Of a stretch of 62,299 bases of DNA, positions 15,689 through 23,725 are shown piece after piece; positions within the stretch are counted from its first letter, which is position 1, and each line of letters starts with the position of its first letter. The DNA comes from an uncultured Clostridia bacterium (GTDB lineage: Bacteria > Bacillota > Clostridia > Christensenellales > Borkfalkiaceae), in contig CANPXX010000001.1 in the NCBI GenBank assembly GCA_947587085.1, positions 1 to 62,299 on the forward strand, given 5' to 3'. The notes beneath the pieces are model-generated. The model did not search any database, had not been told where the DNA came from, and saw nothing but the letters and a program-made list of their open reading frames with translations. The translations under genes were made by a program, and so were the position numbers.

Positions 15689-18600
15689 CGATATCATCGA
15701 AAAACTCGATTCGCTGCAAAAGGTGGCGCTCGTCGCCTCGGCGTTGGAGGACGAAGCCCTCGAACAGGCGGGGGTGCCCCCCGTCGGGCGGGCGGAGCTT
15801 GGCGCGCTCGCCGCAAAGGAGGGGTGCTCCTACCGCAGTGCGGCGTGCTCGTGGAACGCCGCGCTCATCGAGGAAATGACGCGGGAGCTTGCCGCGGAAG
15901 CGGGCGCGGACGGGGCGCGTCTCTTCGTCACGCCCGATCTGAAAGCGGCGGCGGGACCGTACGCGGAGGGGCTCACCGAGGACGCGGAGCTCAACGGCAT
16001 GTACGGCGCCGCGATGGCGCGCGGCGTGCACGCCGCGGGCGGTGCGGTGGGGCTCGGTCGCCTCTCGCTCGGCGCCGCCGAACTTGCCTGTCTCGACCGC
16101 CGCGAGGATCTCCGCGCCGTCCACGAGCTGGCGGTAAAGCCCTTCCTGCTCGCCGCAAAGGAGGGGTGCGACGCGGTGTTCCTGACGCCGAGCCGCGCGG
16201 GGGAGGGATATCCCGACACCAACCGCGCCCTCTTTTCGGACGTCTTGGCGGGGCGGTTCGGAAACGCCTTCGCCGTCGGAGAGGGGACGGCGCCCACGTC
16301 CGAGGCGGTCTTTCTGTTGCAGGGGAGGGCGACCTTGGGCGGCGCGGCGCTCCCGCTCGAGCGGGCGGCGCGGCGGTACGAACAGCTCGCCGCCTTCCGC
16401 GGGGAGGGAAGCGTCTCGGAGCGGGACGTGGAGGACGCGCTCCGCGAGGGGAGCGCGCTCTCCCGCGAACGGTTGGACGAGGCGGCGGACGAAGTCGCCG
16501 ACTTCGCCATCCGCCTGTCAGAGCTCACGTTGGAGCCGCCCGCGGGCGACGCGGCGAGGCGGGCGGTCGCGGAGGAGAGCATCGTGCTCCTCAAAAACAA
16601 CTCCGTCCTTCCCCTCGCGCAGGGGACGAAGATCGCCGTCGTGGGGGAGGCGTATCCCGACCTTTCCCCCCTTGCCTCGCGGTTCGAGGTAGCGGGGACG
16701 GCGCGCGGCTATGACCGCGCGACCGATCGGAGCGACGCCCTCATCCCCGAGGCGATGCGCGCGGCGAACGGCGCGGACGTCGTGCTCGCCTTTCTCCGTC
16801 CCGACCCGAACGGGCGCTCGCTCGCCCTTCCCGCCAACCGTCTCGCCCTGCTCGGGGCGCTCGAAAAGGCGGGGAAGAGGGTGGTGACGGTCCTTCTCGG
16901 CGACCTCGCGGCGGACATGCGCTTCGACCGCGATGCGGCGGCGTCGCTGTATGCGCCCGAGGGCGGGAAATATGCCGCCGAAGCGCTCGCGCGCGTGCTC
17001 GCGGGAGAGGTCTCCCCCTCGGGCAAGCTGGCGCGCACTCTGTACGACGGCGCGGACGAGCGGGTCCGCGCGCTGAGAGAGGAGCGCGATTCGGGGCTCA
17101 CCCGCGTGGGCGGGTTCACGGGCTATCTCCGCTACGATACGGCGGGGGAGACGGTGCGCTATCCCTTCGGGTACGGGCTCTCCTATACGAAATTCGTCTA
17201 TTCCTCCCTCTCGGTGGAGGGGGATACGGTGTCCTTTACGGTGAGAAACGCGGGCAAGCACGACGGCGCAGAGGTCGCCGAGGTGTATATCGGCGAGCCC
17301 GGCAAGTCGCACGTGGCGCCCTCCAAGCGGTTCAAAGCCGCCGCGAAGGTGTTCCTGCGCGCGGGGGAGAGCAAGAGGGTCTCCCTCACCCTCCCGCCCG
17401 AGCGGTATGCCACTTTCGACCGCCGCACCTTCGCGGAGAACGTGGAGGGGGGAACGTACCGCATCTTTGTGGGCGCCTCCTCGCAGGACATCCGTCTGCG
17501 CGGCAAGCGGACGCTCGCGGGCGTCGAACGGGAACGGGAGAAGGAGACGGCGGCGGACTACTTCCCGGGCGGAGACCGCGGCGACGTCGCCGAAGTGGGG
17601 CGGGAGAGCCGCCTTGCGAAGGAGGACGGGCGCGAACGGGTGCCGCGGCGCCTGCGCATCGCGCGGCGGACGGCGCTTTGCCTCCTCCCCGCCGTCTTGC
17701 TCCTCTTCTTTCTGATCGTCACCATGCTCATCTTTTCCTATGCGCTCGACTATGTCCTCCTCTTCACGGTGGACGAACAGGCGGCGGCGTGGGCGCTCTA
17801 TATCCTCGCGTCGGCGGTCGTCGCCTTCGTGCCGCTCTTCGGCTCGCTCAGCCGCAGGCGGATGGTGCGGATCAAAAAGGTCTGCATGACGGCGTGCCCC
17901 ATCCTCCTCCTTGCCGATCTCTTCCTCGGGCACTTCCTCGGAACGGACGGGACGGGGGCGGTCGAAGCCGTGTTTACGGCGGTCACCTGTCTCGCCGTGG
18001 GGACGGTGCTCGCCCTCCTTCTCGGCTTCGTGCTCGAACGCGAGCTCGTGCGCACGGAGAGCGGGGCGAACCGCTGGGCGCGCTTCTATTTCGAACCCGA
18101 AAAGCAGGAGACGACGACGCCCGATACGCAGTTCGAGGAGGCGTTCCGCGCGGCGGACGAGGCGCGCGCCAAAACAAAGGGCAAGCAGGAGGAGCCTCGC
18201 GCGCCCATCGCCGAGGTCCCCCAATTTTACGATCGGCATCTCACCTTCGAGGTGCTCTTCCGCGACTGCAAGCGGTTCGCGGCGGAGCGCGGCGTGCTCT
18301 TCGAGGACGGGGACCTTCGCGACCTCCTCGCCGCGTTCACGGCTTCCCGCCTCATCATCGTGCCTTCGGGCGGCGCCGTGAAGGGGTGCTCCGCCGTCGC
18401 GGAATATCTCGGCGGCAAGCCCTATGTGGACAATGCCGAACAATACATGCGGTGCGACGACCTCTTCTCGGAGTGGCGGAGCGGGGAGCGGCTCTATCTT
18501 CCCACCGCCCTGAGCGAGGCGTTCGCCGAGGCGGGGAGAAAGAGCGCCGTCCTCCATACGGCGATCATCCGCCATGCCGACGTCAACCGCCTCGCCGAGG

Positions 18601-19172
18601 TGTTCGGTCCCGTCGCGGAGGTGCTTTCCCGCAGGCGGACCGCGATTCCCTCGCAGGAGGGCGATCGGCTCCTGCCGCCCAACCTGCAATTGGTGGTGGA
18701 GCTGGACTCCGACGGGACGGACATCCCCGAGAAGATCGCGGAGGTCGCGGCGGTGCTGTCGCCGCAGTGCAAGGAGGGCGCGCCCGCGCAGAGAAAGACG
18801 GTGGTGCACGCGGTCGGCTTCGAGCGCTTCTCGGCGCTCCGCAACGCCGTGCGCGACGAATTCCCCGTCGGCGAGGCGCTGTGGAAGGACGTGGACCGTC
18901 TCGACGCGCAGTGCCGCGCGGCGCACATCGGCAACCTCGCGTGGGTGAGGCTGGAACTGCACGCCTCCGCCGTCATCGCCTGCGGCGGAAAGGAGCGGGA
19001 GGCGCTGGACGGCGCCCTCGCCGCGGAGCTCGTCCCGTGGCTGAACGCGACGTGGGACGACGAGGCGGGCGGGCTTTTTGAGACGTTGCGGGAGATCTTC
19101 GGGAGAGATTTCGCCCGCGCGGCGCAGGCGGCGAAGAGGGCGGCTACGAAAGAGAAGGGGGCGCGCGGATGA
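15675..19172 (+). CDS. Fusion protein: GH3-like domains + Fn3-like domain + four TM helices + degenerate McrB-like AAA+ domain
   Basis: GH3 hallmarks are IVLLKNNSVLPL..KIAVVGE, SPSGKLARTLY and RYPFGYGLSYTKF. There is no N-terminal signal peptide. Four hydrophobic helices fall at roughly aa 660-790. The C-terminal 330 aa are collinear with the two downstream GTPases but lack the Walker motifs. Confidence 0.8.
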   Translation: MLKHSDIIEKLDSLQKVALVASALEDEALEQAGVPPVGRAELGALAAKEGCSYRSAACSWNAALIEEMTRELAAEAGADGARLFVTPDLKAAAGPYAEGLTEDAELNGMYGAAMARGVHAAGGAVGLGRLSLGAAELACLDRREDLRAVHELAVKPFLLAAKEGCDAVFLTPSRAGEGYPDTNRALFSDVLAGRFGNAFAVGEGTAPTSEAVFLLQGRATLGGAALPLERAARRYEQLAAFRGEGSVSERDVEDALREGSALSRERLDEAADEVADFAIRLSELTLEPPAGDAARRAVAEESIVLLKNNSVLPLAQGTKIAVVGEAYPDLSPLASRFEVAGTARGYDRATDRSDALIPEAMRAANGADVVLAFLRPDPNGRSLALPANRLALLGALEKAGKRVVTVLLGDLAADMRFDRDAAASLYAPEGGKYAAEALARVLAGEVSPSGKLARTLYDGADERVRALREERDSGLTRVGGFTGYLRYDTAGETVRYPFGYGLSYTKFVYSSLSVEGDTVSFTVRNAGKHDGAEVAEVYIGEPGKSHVAPSKRFKAAAKVFLRAGESKRVSLTLPPERYATFDRRTFAENVEGGTYRIFVGASSQDIRLRGKRTLAGVEREREKETAADYFPGGDRGDVAEVGRESRLAKEDGRERVPRRLRIARRTALCLLPAVLLLFFLIVTMLIFSYALDYVLLFTVDEQAAAWALYILASAVVAFVPLFGSLSRRRMVRIKKVCMTACPILLLADLFLGHFLGTDGTGAVEAVFTAVTCLAVGTVLALLLGFVLERELVRTESGANRWARFYFEPEKQETTTPDTQFEEAFRAADEARAKTKGKQEEPRAPIAEVPQFYDRHLTFEVLFRDCKRFAAERGVLFEDGDLRDLLAAFTASRLIIVPSGGAVKGCSAVAEYLGGKPYVDNAEQYMRCDDLFSEWRSGERLYLPTALSEAFAEAGRKSAVLHTAIIRHADVNRLAEVFGPVAEVLSRRRTAIPSQEGDRLLPPNLQLVVELDSDGTDIPEKIAEVAAVLSPQCKEGAPAQRKTVVHAVGFERFSALRNAVRDEFPVGEALWKDVDRLDAQCRAAHIGNLAWVRLELHASAVIACGGKEREALDGALAAELVPWLNATWDDEAGGLFETLREIFGRDFARAAQAAKRAATKEKGARG

Positions 19173-20443
19173 ATCTTCTCATCGATATGCAGACCATCTG
19201 GGATACGCTCACCTCTCCCGTCTTTGTCATCGTCTACATCGTGGCGGTGGCGCTCCTCATGCTCGCCATCGTCATCTCGGTCATGGTCAACGAGCACCGC
19301 TTCACCGCCTTCGGCGACCGCCTCGGCAAGAGCGCGGAGATGGCGGAGCGCGGGGAGGAGCGCAGCGGTTCGCGCTTCGATATGCTGAAAAAATTGGACG
19401 GGGAGAAGAAAACGCGGCAGGAGACCGCGTTCGAGGACATCTCCTTGAAGGAGCTGTGCGAGAGCTTCCGCAGCTTTTCGGCGGGGAAGCTCGGGCTGTA
19501 CTATTCCATCGACGTCATCCGCGAGTTCATCGCGGGGCTCGCCGTTTCGCACATCATCATCCTGCAGGGCATGTCGGGCACGGGCAAGACGTCGCTCGCC
19601 TACGCCTTCGGGGAATTCCTCGGCAATCCCTCCACCGTCATTCCCGTCCAGCCCATGTGGAAGGAGCGGAGCGACCTCCTCGGCTATTACAACGAATTCA
19701 CCAAGCGGTTCAACGAGACCCTTCTTCTGCAAAAGATCTACGAGGCGAACGGGCGCGGGGACATCTTCATCACCATCCTCGACGAGATGAATATCGCCCG
19801 CGTGGAGTACTACTTCGCGGAGTTTTTGTCCCTGCTCGAAATTCCAAACCCCGAGGCGCGCTACCTCGAAGTGGTGTCCGACCGATGGGCGGACGACCCC
19901 GAGGAGCTCAAAAACGGGCGGGTGAAACTGCCCGAGAACATGTGGTTCTTGGGGACGGCGAACAACGACGACAGCACCTTCGCCATCTCGGACAAGGTGT
20001 ACGACCGCGCCATGATTCTGAACATGGACCAGCGGTGCGAGCCCTTCGAGGCGAAGGCGTACCGCTCCGTGCCCGTCGCCGCCGCCCGCTTCGAGCGCCT
20101 TGCGGCGGAGGCGGTCAAAGAGATCGGGGTGTCCTTGGAGACGCTTGACAAGCTCAAAAAGGTGGACGCCTATCTCGCGGAGACCTATCAGATCTCCTTC
20201 GGGAACCGCATCCTGCGGCAGATCGTCACCTATCTGCCCGTCTACGTCGCCTGCGGCGGGGATGAGATCGACGCTCTCGACGACATCCTCGCGAAGAAGG
20301 TGCTCAGAAAACTCGAAACGCAGAACATGACCTACCGTGCCTCCGACATGGAGGCGCTGTGCGAGGTCCTCAACGAACTGTTCGGCGCGGAGCGCATGGC
20401 GCGCTGTCTCAAAACGGTGCGGCGCATCGCGCGGAACGGATAG
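19169..20443 (+). CDS. Membrane-anchored McrB-family AAA+ GTPase (paralogue 1)
   Basis: N-terminal TM VFVIVYIVAVALLMLAIVISVMV, Walker A GMSGTGKTS, Walker B ILDEMNIARVEYYFAEFLSLLE, and McrB-type LGTANNDDSTFAISDKVYDRA (NxxD). The ATG overlaps the upstream stop (ATGA). Confidence 0.8.
   Translation: MNLLIDMQTIWDTLTSPVFVIVYIVAVALLMLAIVISVMVNEHRFTAFGDRLGKSAEMAERGEERSGSRFDMLKKLDGEKKTRQETAFEDISLKELCESFRSFSAGKLGLYYSIDVIREFIAGLAVSHIIILQGMSGTGKTSLAYAFGEFLGNPSTVIPVQPMWKERSDLLGYYNEFTKRFNETLLLQKIYEANGRGDIFITILDEMNIARVEYYFAEFLSLLEIPNPEARYLEVVSDRWADDPEELKNGRVKLPENMWFLGTANNDDSTFAISDKVYDRAMILNMDQRCEPFEAKAYRSVPVAAARFERLAAEAVKEIGVSLETLDKLKKVDAYLAETYQISFGNRILRQIVTYLPVYVACGGDEIDALDDILAKKVLRKLETQNMTYRASDMEALCEVLNELFGAERMARCLKTVRRIARNG
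19550..20016 (+). repeat. About 467-bp near-identical tract shared with 22823-23289
   Basis: By eye, roughly nine-tenths nucleotide identity across the AAA+ core of the two GTPase genes. The flanking gene parts are much more diverged. Confidence 0.8.
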
Positions 20444-20454
20444 GGGAAGGGCGC

Positions 20455-22287
20455 ATGAATCAGACCGATCACATCTATCGCGCCTTCACGGAGCTCAAAA
20501 GGGCGCTGGAAGAGAACCGCTCCGTCCTCTCCTTCTCCCGCGCGCTCGCAGAGGCGGCGGAGCAGGACCGCATCACCGTCACGCACAACCTCTGCTATGT
20601 CGAGGAGGATTGGGTGGCGGCGATCGAGCGCGGACTGCCCTTCATCGCCAAGGCGATCGAGGAGGACAGACAGTTCATCCGTTCGGACGGCGAGGTACAG
20701 CCCATCGAGAAGGTGCGGCACATCTCGCGGGAGTCCGTCCAGCACCTCTCCCGCCACAGCGACTACATCACGCGGGAGCCAAAGGAGGACGACATCATCC
20801 CCGACAAGCTCTACACGGTGGAGCGTCTCAACGACTATGCCGTGTACGAGAACCGCTTCCTCTATCTTCTGCTTTGCAAGATCCGCGACTTCGTCTCCCT
20901 GCGCTACGACGCCATCCTCCGCGCCTTCAAGCTGTACCGCGGCGAGCTCTCCGTCCGCAAGAAGGTCGCCCTGCCGACGCGGCGCATGGAGCTCTCGGTG
21001 TCCATGACGGACGAGCAGGACGACGCGCTCGCCGCCTCCGCCGACCCCGTCTGCCTCAGCTATCTCGGGCGCATGGAGAAGATCCAGAGCAGCGTCGCCT
21101 TCTTCCTGCGCACCCCGCTCATGGTGGAGGTGTCCCGCGTAGACAAGATCAAGTCCAAGATCACCAAGACCAACGTCCTGCGCATGGACAAAAATTTCAA
21201 GGAGGCGGTCTCGCTGTACGAGTTCCTCCTCGCCTATGAGGGGGACGGCTACACGGTGGAGCGGAACGTCACCGCGCTCGATCCCGTCTCGGCGGAGATC
21301 GCGTCGGAGCTGGCGGCTCCCTCCGTTCTCTTGTCCTTCCTCGTGTACGAGCACGGGCTGGGGATGGAGGAGCTTCTCCGCGAGGCGTACGAGCGGGAGG
21401 AGGCGCTTCGCGCCGAGCGCGCCCAAAGCGCCCTCGTGGAGGCGATCAAGGAGCTCAAAAAGCGCGTTGCAGAGACGGGGGAGGACATGGAGCGCTATAT
21501 GCTCCTCCTCGAAGAGCGCAACGCGTGGCTCGAAAAGGAACACCTCCTCTACCTCGAAGCGCAGAAGAAGATCGAAGCGCTCGAGGGCACGGTCGGGGAA
21601 TTGCGCGCCGAGAGAGAACGCCTCATGGGGGAGATCGGCGAGCTCACTGCCGAGAACGAGGCGCTCGGGGCGAAGATAGAGGAAATGGCGGAGACGCACA
21701 GACAGCAGCTCGCGGCGCTCAAAGAGGAGCACGCGCGGGAGACGGCGGCGCTCAAAGAGGAGCAGGAAAAGGAGTTGGAGCGCGCCGAACGCAAGCACCG
21801 CGAGGAGATTGCACGCGTCCGCGCGGAGGGCGAGAAGAAGTTGAAGGAGGAGCGGGAGCGCACCGCCGAGCGGATGCGCGAGACGGAGGAGGCGCGCCGC
21901 GAGACGGACGCCGTGCAAAAGGTGCTCGAAAGCGCCGAGGAGGAGTGCGCCATGCTCCGCGCGCGGTACACGGCGCTTCGGAGCGAACACGGGCTCCGCG
22001 GCGACGCGGATTTCACCACCGAGGAGGGATTCAACGAGCTCGAACGCGAGTTCGAGGCGCTCGGCAGATTGGTCCGCAGGGAATGGACGGACGTCAAGCG
22101 CATGTTGCGCAAGGAATTTTACGGGTCGCTCCGCACCGTCATGCGCGGGAAGAAGGGAGAGAAGAGCGCGGCGTACGAGGCGCTCGTTTCCTCCGCGCAG
22201 GCGCGCCGCGCGCAGGGCGAAGAGCCGCCCATAGGGGAAGGCACAAAGGACAGCGAAGAGGCGTCGGATGAAGACGGAAGAGCATAA
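20455..22287 (+). CDS. McrC/DUF2357-like N-terminal domain fused to a long coiled coil (no nuclease motif seen)
   Basis: The N-terminal part (IRSDGEVQPIEKVRHISRESVQHLSRHSDYI ... YAVYENRFLYLLLCKIRDF ... TNVLRMDKNFKEAVSLYEFLL) resembles the McrB-binding part of McrC/DUF2357. From about aa 300 it is E/K/R/A/L-rich heptad-like sequence for about 270 aa. Confidence 0.6.
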   Translation: MNQTDHIYRAFTELKRALEENRSVLSFSRALAEAAEQDRITVTHNLCYVEEDWVAAIERGLPFIAKAIEEDRQFIRSDGEVQPIEKVRHISRESVQHLSRHSDYITREPKEDDIIPDKLYTVERLNDYAVYENRFLYLLLCKIRDFVSLRYDAILRAFKLYRGELSVRKKVALPTRRMELSVSMTDEQDDALAASADPVCLSYLGRMEKIQSSVAFFLRTPLMVEVSRVDKIKSKITKTNVLRMDKNFKEAVSLYEFLLAYEGDGYTVERNVTALDPVSAEIASELAAPSVLLSFLVYEHGLGMEELLREAYEREEALRAERAQSALVEAIKELKKRVAETGEDMERYMLLLEERNAWLEKEHLLYLEAQKKIEALEGTVGELRAERERLMGEIGELTAENEALGAKIEEMAETHRQQLAALKEEHARETAALKEEQEKELERAERKHREEIARVRAEGEKKLKEERERTAERMRETEEARRETDAVQKVLESAEEECAMLRARYTALRSEHGLRGDADFTTEEGFNELEREFEALGRLVRREWTDVKRMLRKEFYGSLRTVMRGKKGEKSAAYEALVSSAQARRAQGEEPPIGEGTKDSEEASDEDGRA

Positions 22288-23716
22288 ACGGAAAAAGATC
22301 AGGCGGAGGGGGAGACGGCGTTTCGTCCTCTCCGTCATGCTGCTCACCGCGGTCGCGCTCGTCGCGGGGTCCTTGGTCGCGGTCCTTTTCTATCTCATGT
22401 CCAACGGCACGTTGGAGACCATGCTCGCCCTCCTTCGCGACGTGTTCCTCGCGCAGGAGATCAACAGCGCGCTCATCATCTTCTGGGCGCTCGTCATCCC
22501 GTTTCTTCTCGCCGCCCTTCTCATCCTCAACACCGTGCGGCGGCGCAAGTTCAAGTACTACCGCCGTACGTGGGAGGACACCGTCCAGCTCGCGGTGGAG
22601 GCGGAACAGCGCGCGAGCGAGAAGGAGCGCGAAAAGGCGGGGCGCGGGCATCGGTTCAGCGCGCTCTACGATATCCCCGTCCGCACGCCGCCCGAGAGGG
22701 AGAGCGGGATCTCCTCGCTCGCCGAGCTTTGCAGGCGCTTCCGCCTGTACGCCGCCGCCGAACTTCATCTCTACTATACCGAAGCGCAGGTGCGGGAATT
22801 CGTGGCGAGCCTCGCCGTCTCGCGCATCATCATCTTGCAGGGCATGTCGGGCACGGGCAAGACGTCGCTCGCCTATGCCTTCGGGGAATTCCTCGGCAAT
22901 CCCTCCACCATCATCCCCGTCCAGCCCATGTGGAAGGAGCGGAGCGATCTTCTCGGCTACTACAACGAGTTCACCAAGAAGTACAACGAGACGGCGCTCC
23001 TGCGCAAGATGTACGAGGCGAACGGGCAGGACAAGATCTATCTCGCCGTCCTCGACGAGATGAACATCGCCCGCGTGGAGTACTACTTCGCGGAGTTTTT
23101 GTCCCTGCTCGAAATACCCGATCCCGAGCTCCGTTACCTCGAAGTGGTTTCGGATTCGTGGGAGGAGGACCCCGACGGGCTCAAAGACGGGCGCATCAAA
23201 TTGCCCGAAAACATGTGGTTCTTGGGGACGGCGAACAACGACGACAGCACCTTCGCCATCTCGGACAAGGTATACGACCGCGCCATGATCGTCGATCTCG
23301 ACAGCCGCGCCGCGCCCTTCGGAGGGGAGGGGGAACAACAGAAGGTGCCCGTCACCTTCCCCGAGTTCACCCGCCTTGCGGAGAGCGCCCGCCGCGGCTA
23401 CGAGCTCACGCGGCGCAACGAGCGTCGGCTCAAAGCGCTCGACGACTACCTCATCGAAACCTTTCAGATAACCTTCGGAAACCGCATCCTGCGGCAGATC
23501 CGCGCGTATATTTCGGTGTATGTGAGCTGCGGGGGCGAGGAGCTCGAAGCGCTCGACGACATCCTCGCGAAAAAGGTGCTCCGAAAGCTCGCCAATAAAG
23601 ATCTGTCTCTTCTTCGCGGCGAGCTCGAAGAGGCGTCCAAATTTTTCGAAACTCTGTTCGGCGACGGCAAGATGCCGCGGTGCCGCGAAACGCTCCTGCG
23701 CGCGGCGAAGCTCTGA
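22268..23716 (+). CDS. Membrane-anchored McrB-family AAA+ GTPase (paralogue 2)
   Basis: Basic N-terminus (KRKKIRRRGRRR) plus two TM helices, then the same GMSGTGKTS, LDEMNIARVEYYFAEFLSLLE and LGTANNDDSTFAISDKVYDRA motifs. It overlaps the upstream gene by 20 nt. Confidence 0.8.
   Translation: MKTEEHKRKKIRRRGRRRFVLSVMLLTAVALVAGSLVAVLFYLMSNGTLETMLALLRDVFLAQEINSALIIFWALVIPFLLAALLILNTVRRRKFKYYRRTWEDTVQLAVEAEQRASEKEREKAGRGHRFSALYDIPVRTPPERESGISSLAELCRRFRLYAAAELHLYYTEAQVREFVASLAVSRIIILQGMSGTGKTSLAYAFGEFLGNPSTIIPVQPMWKERSDLLGYYNEFTKKYNETALLRKMYEANGQDKIYLAVLDEMNIARVEYYFAEFLSLLEIPDPELRYLEVVSDSWEEDPDGLKDGRIKLPENMWFLGTANNDDSTFAISDKVYDRAMIVDLDSRAAPFGGEGEQQKVPVTFPEFTRLAESARRGYELTRRNERRLKALDDYLIETFQITFGNRILRQIRAYISVYVSCGGEELEALDDILAKKVLRKLANKDLSLLRGELEEASKFFETLFGDGKMPRCRETLLRAAKL
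22823..23289 (+). repeat. Partner copy of the 19550-20016 tract
   Basis: See 19550-20016. Confidence 0.8.
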
Positions 23717-23725
23717 GGAGGGACT

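Noticed and set aside
15675-17560. Calling the GH3-like region a secreted beta-glucosidase
   Set aside because: There is no signal peptide, several conserved positions appear altered, and it is fused to TM helices and a pseudo-AAA+ domain.
16518-22347. Long minus-strand ORFs (16518-18962, 18494-19732, 20332-22347, 22139-23338)
   Set aside because: They lie antisense to the GH3-like fusion, the McrB-like genes and the McrC-like gene, all of which have clear motifs. The products are R/G/E/L-rich low-complexity translations.
19169-23716. Annotating the module as a conventional McrBC type IV restriction system
   Set aside because: The McrB-like proteins have TM helices instead of DNA-binding N-domains. 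I could find no PD-(D/E)xK motif in the McrC-like protein. I have kept it as an McrBC-derived system of unknown function.
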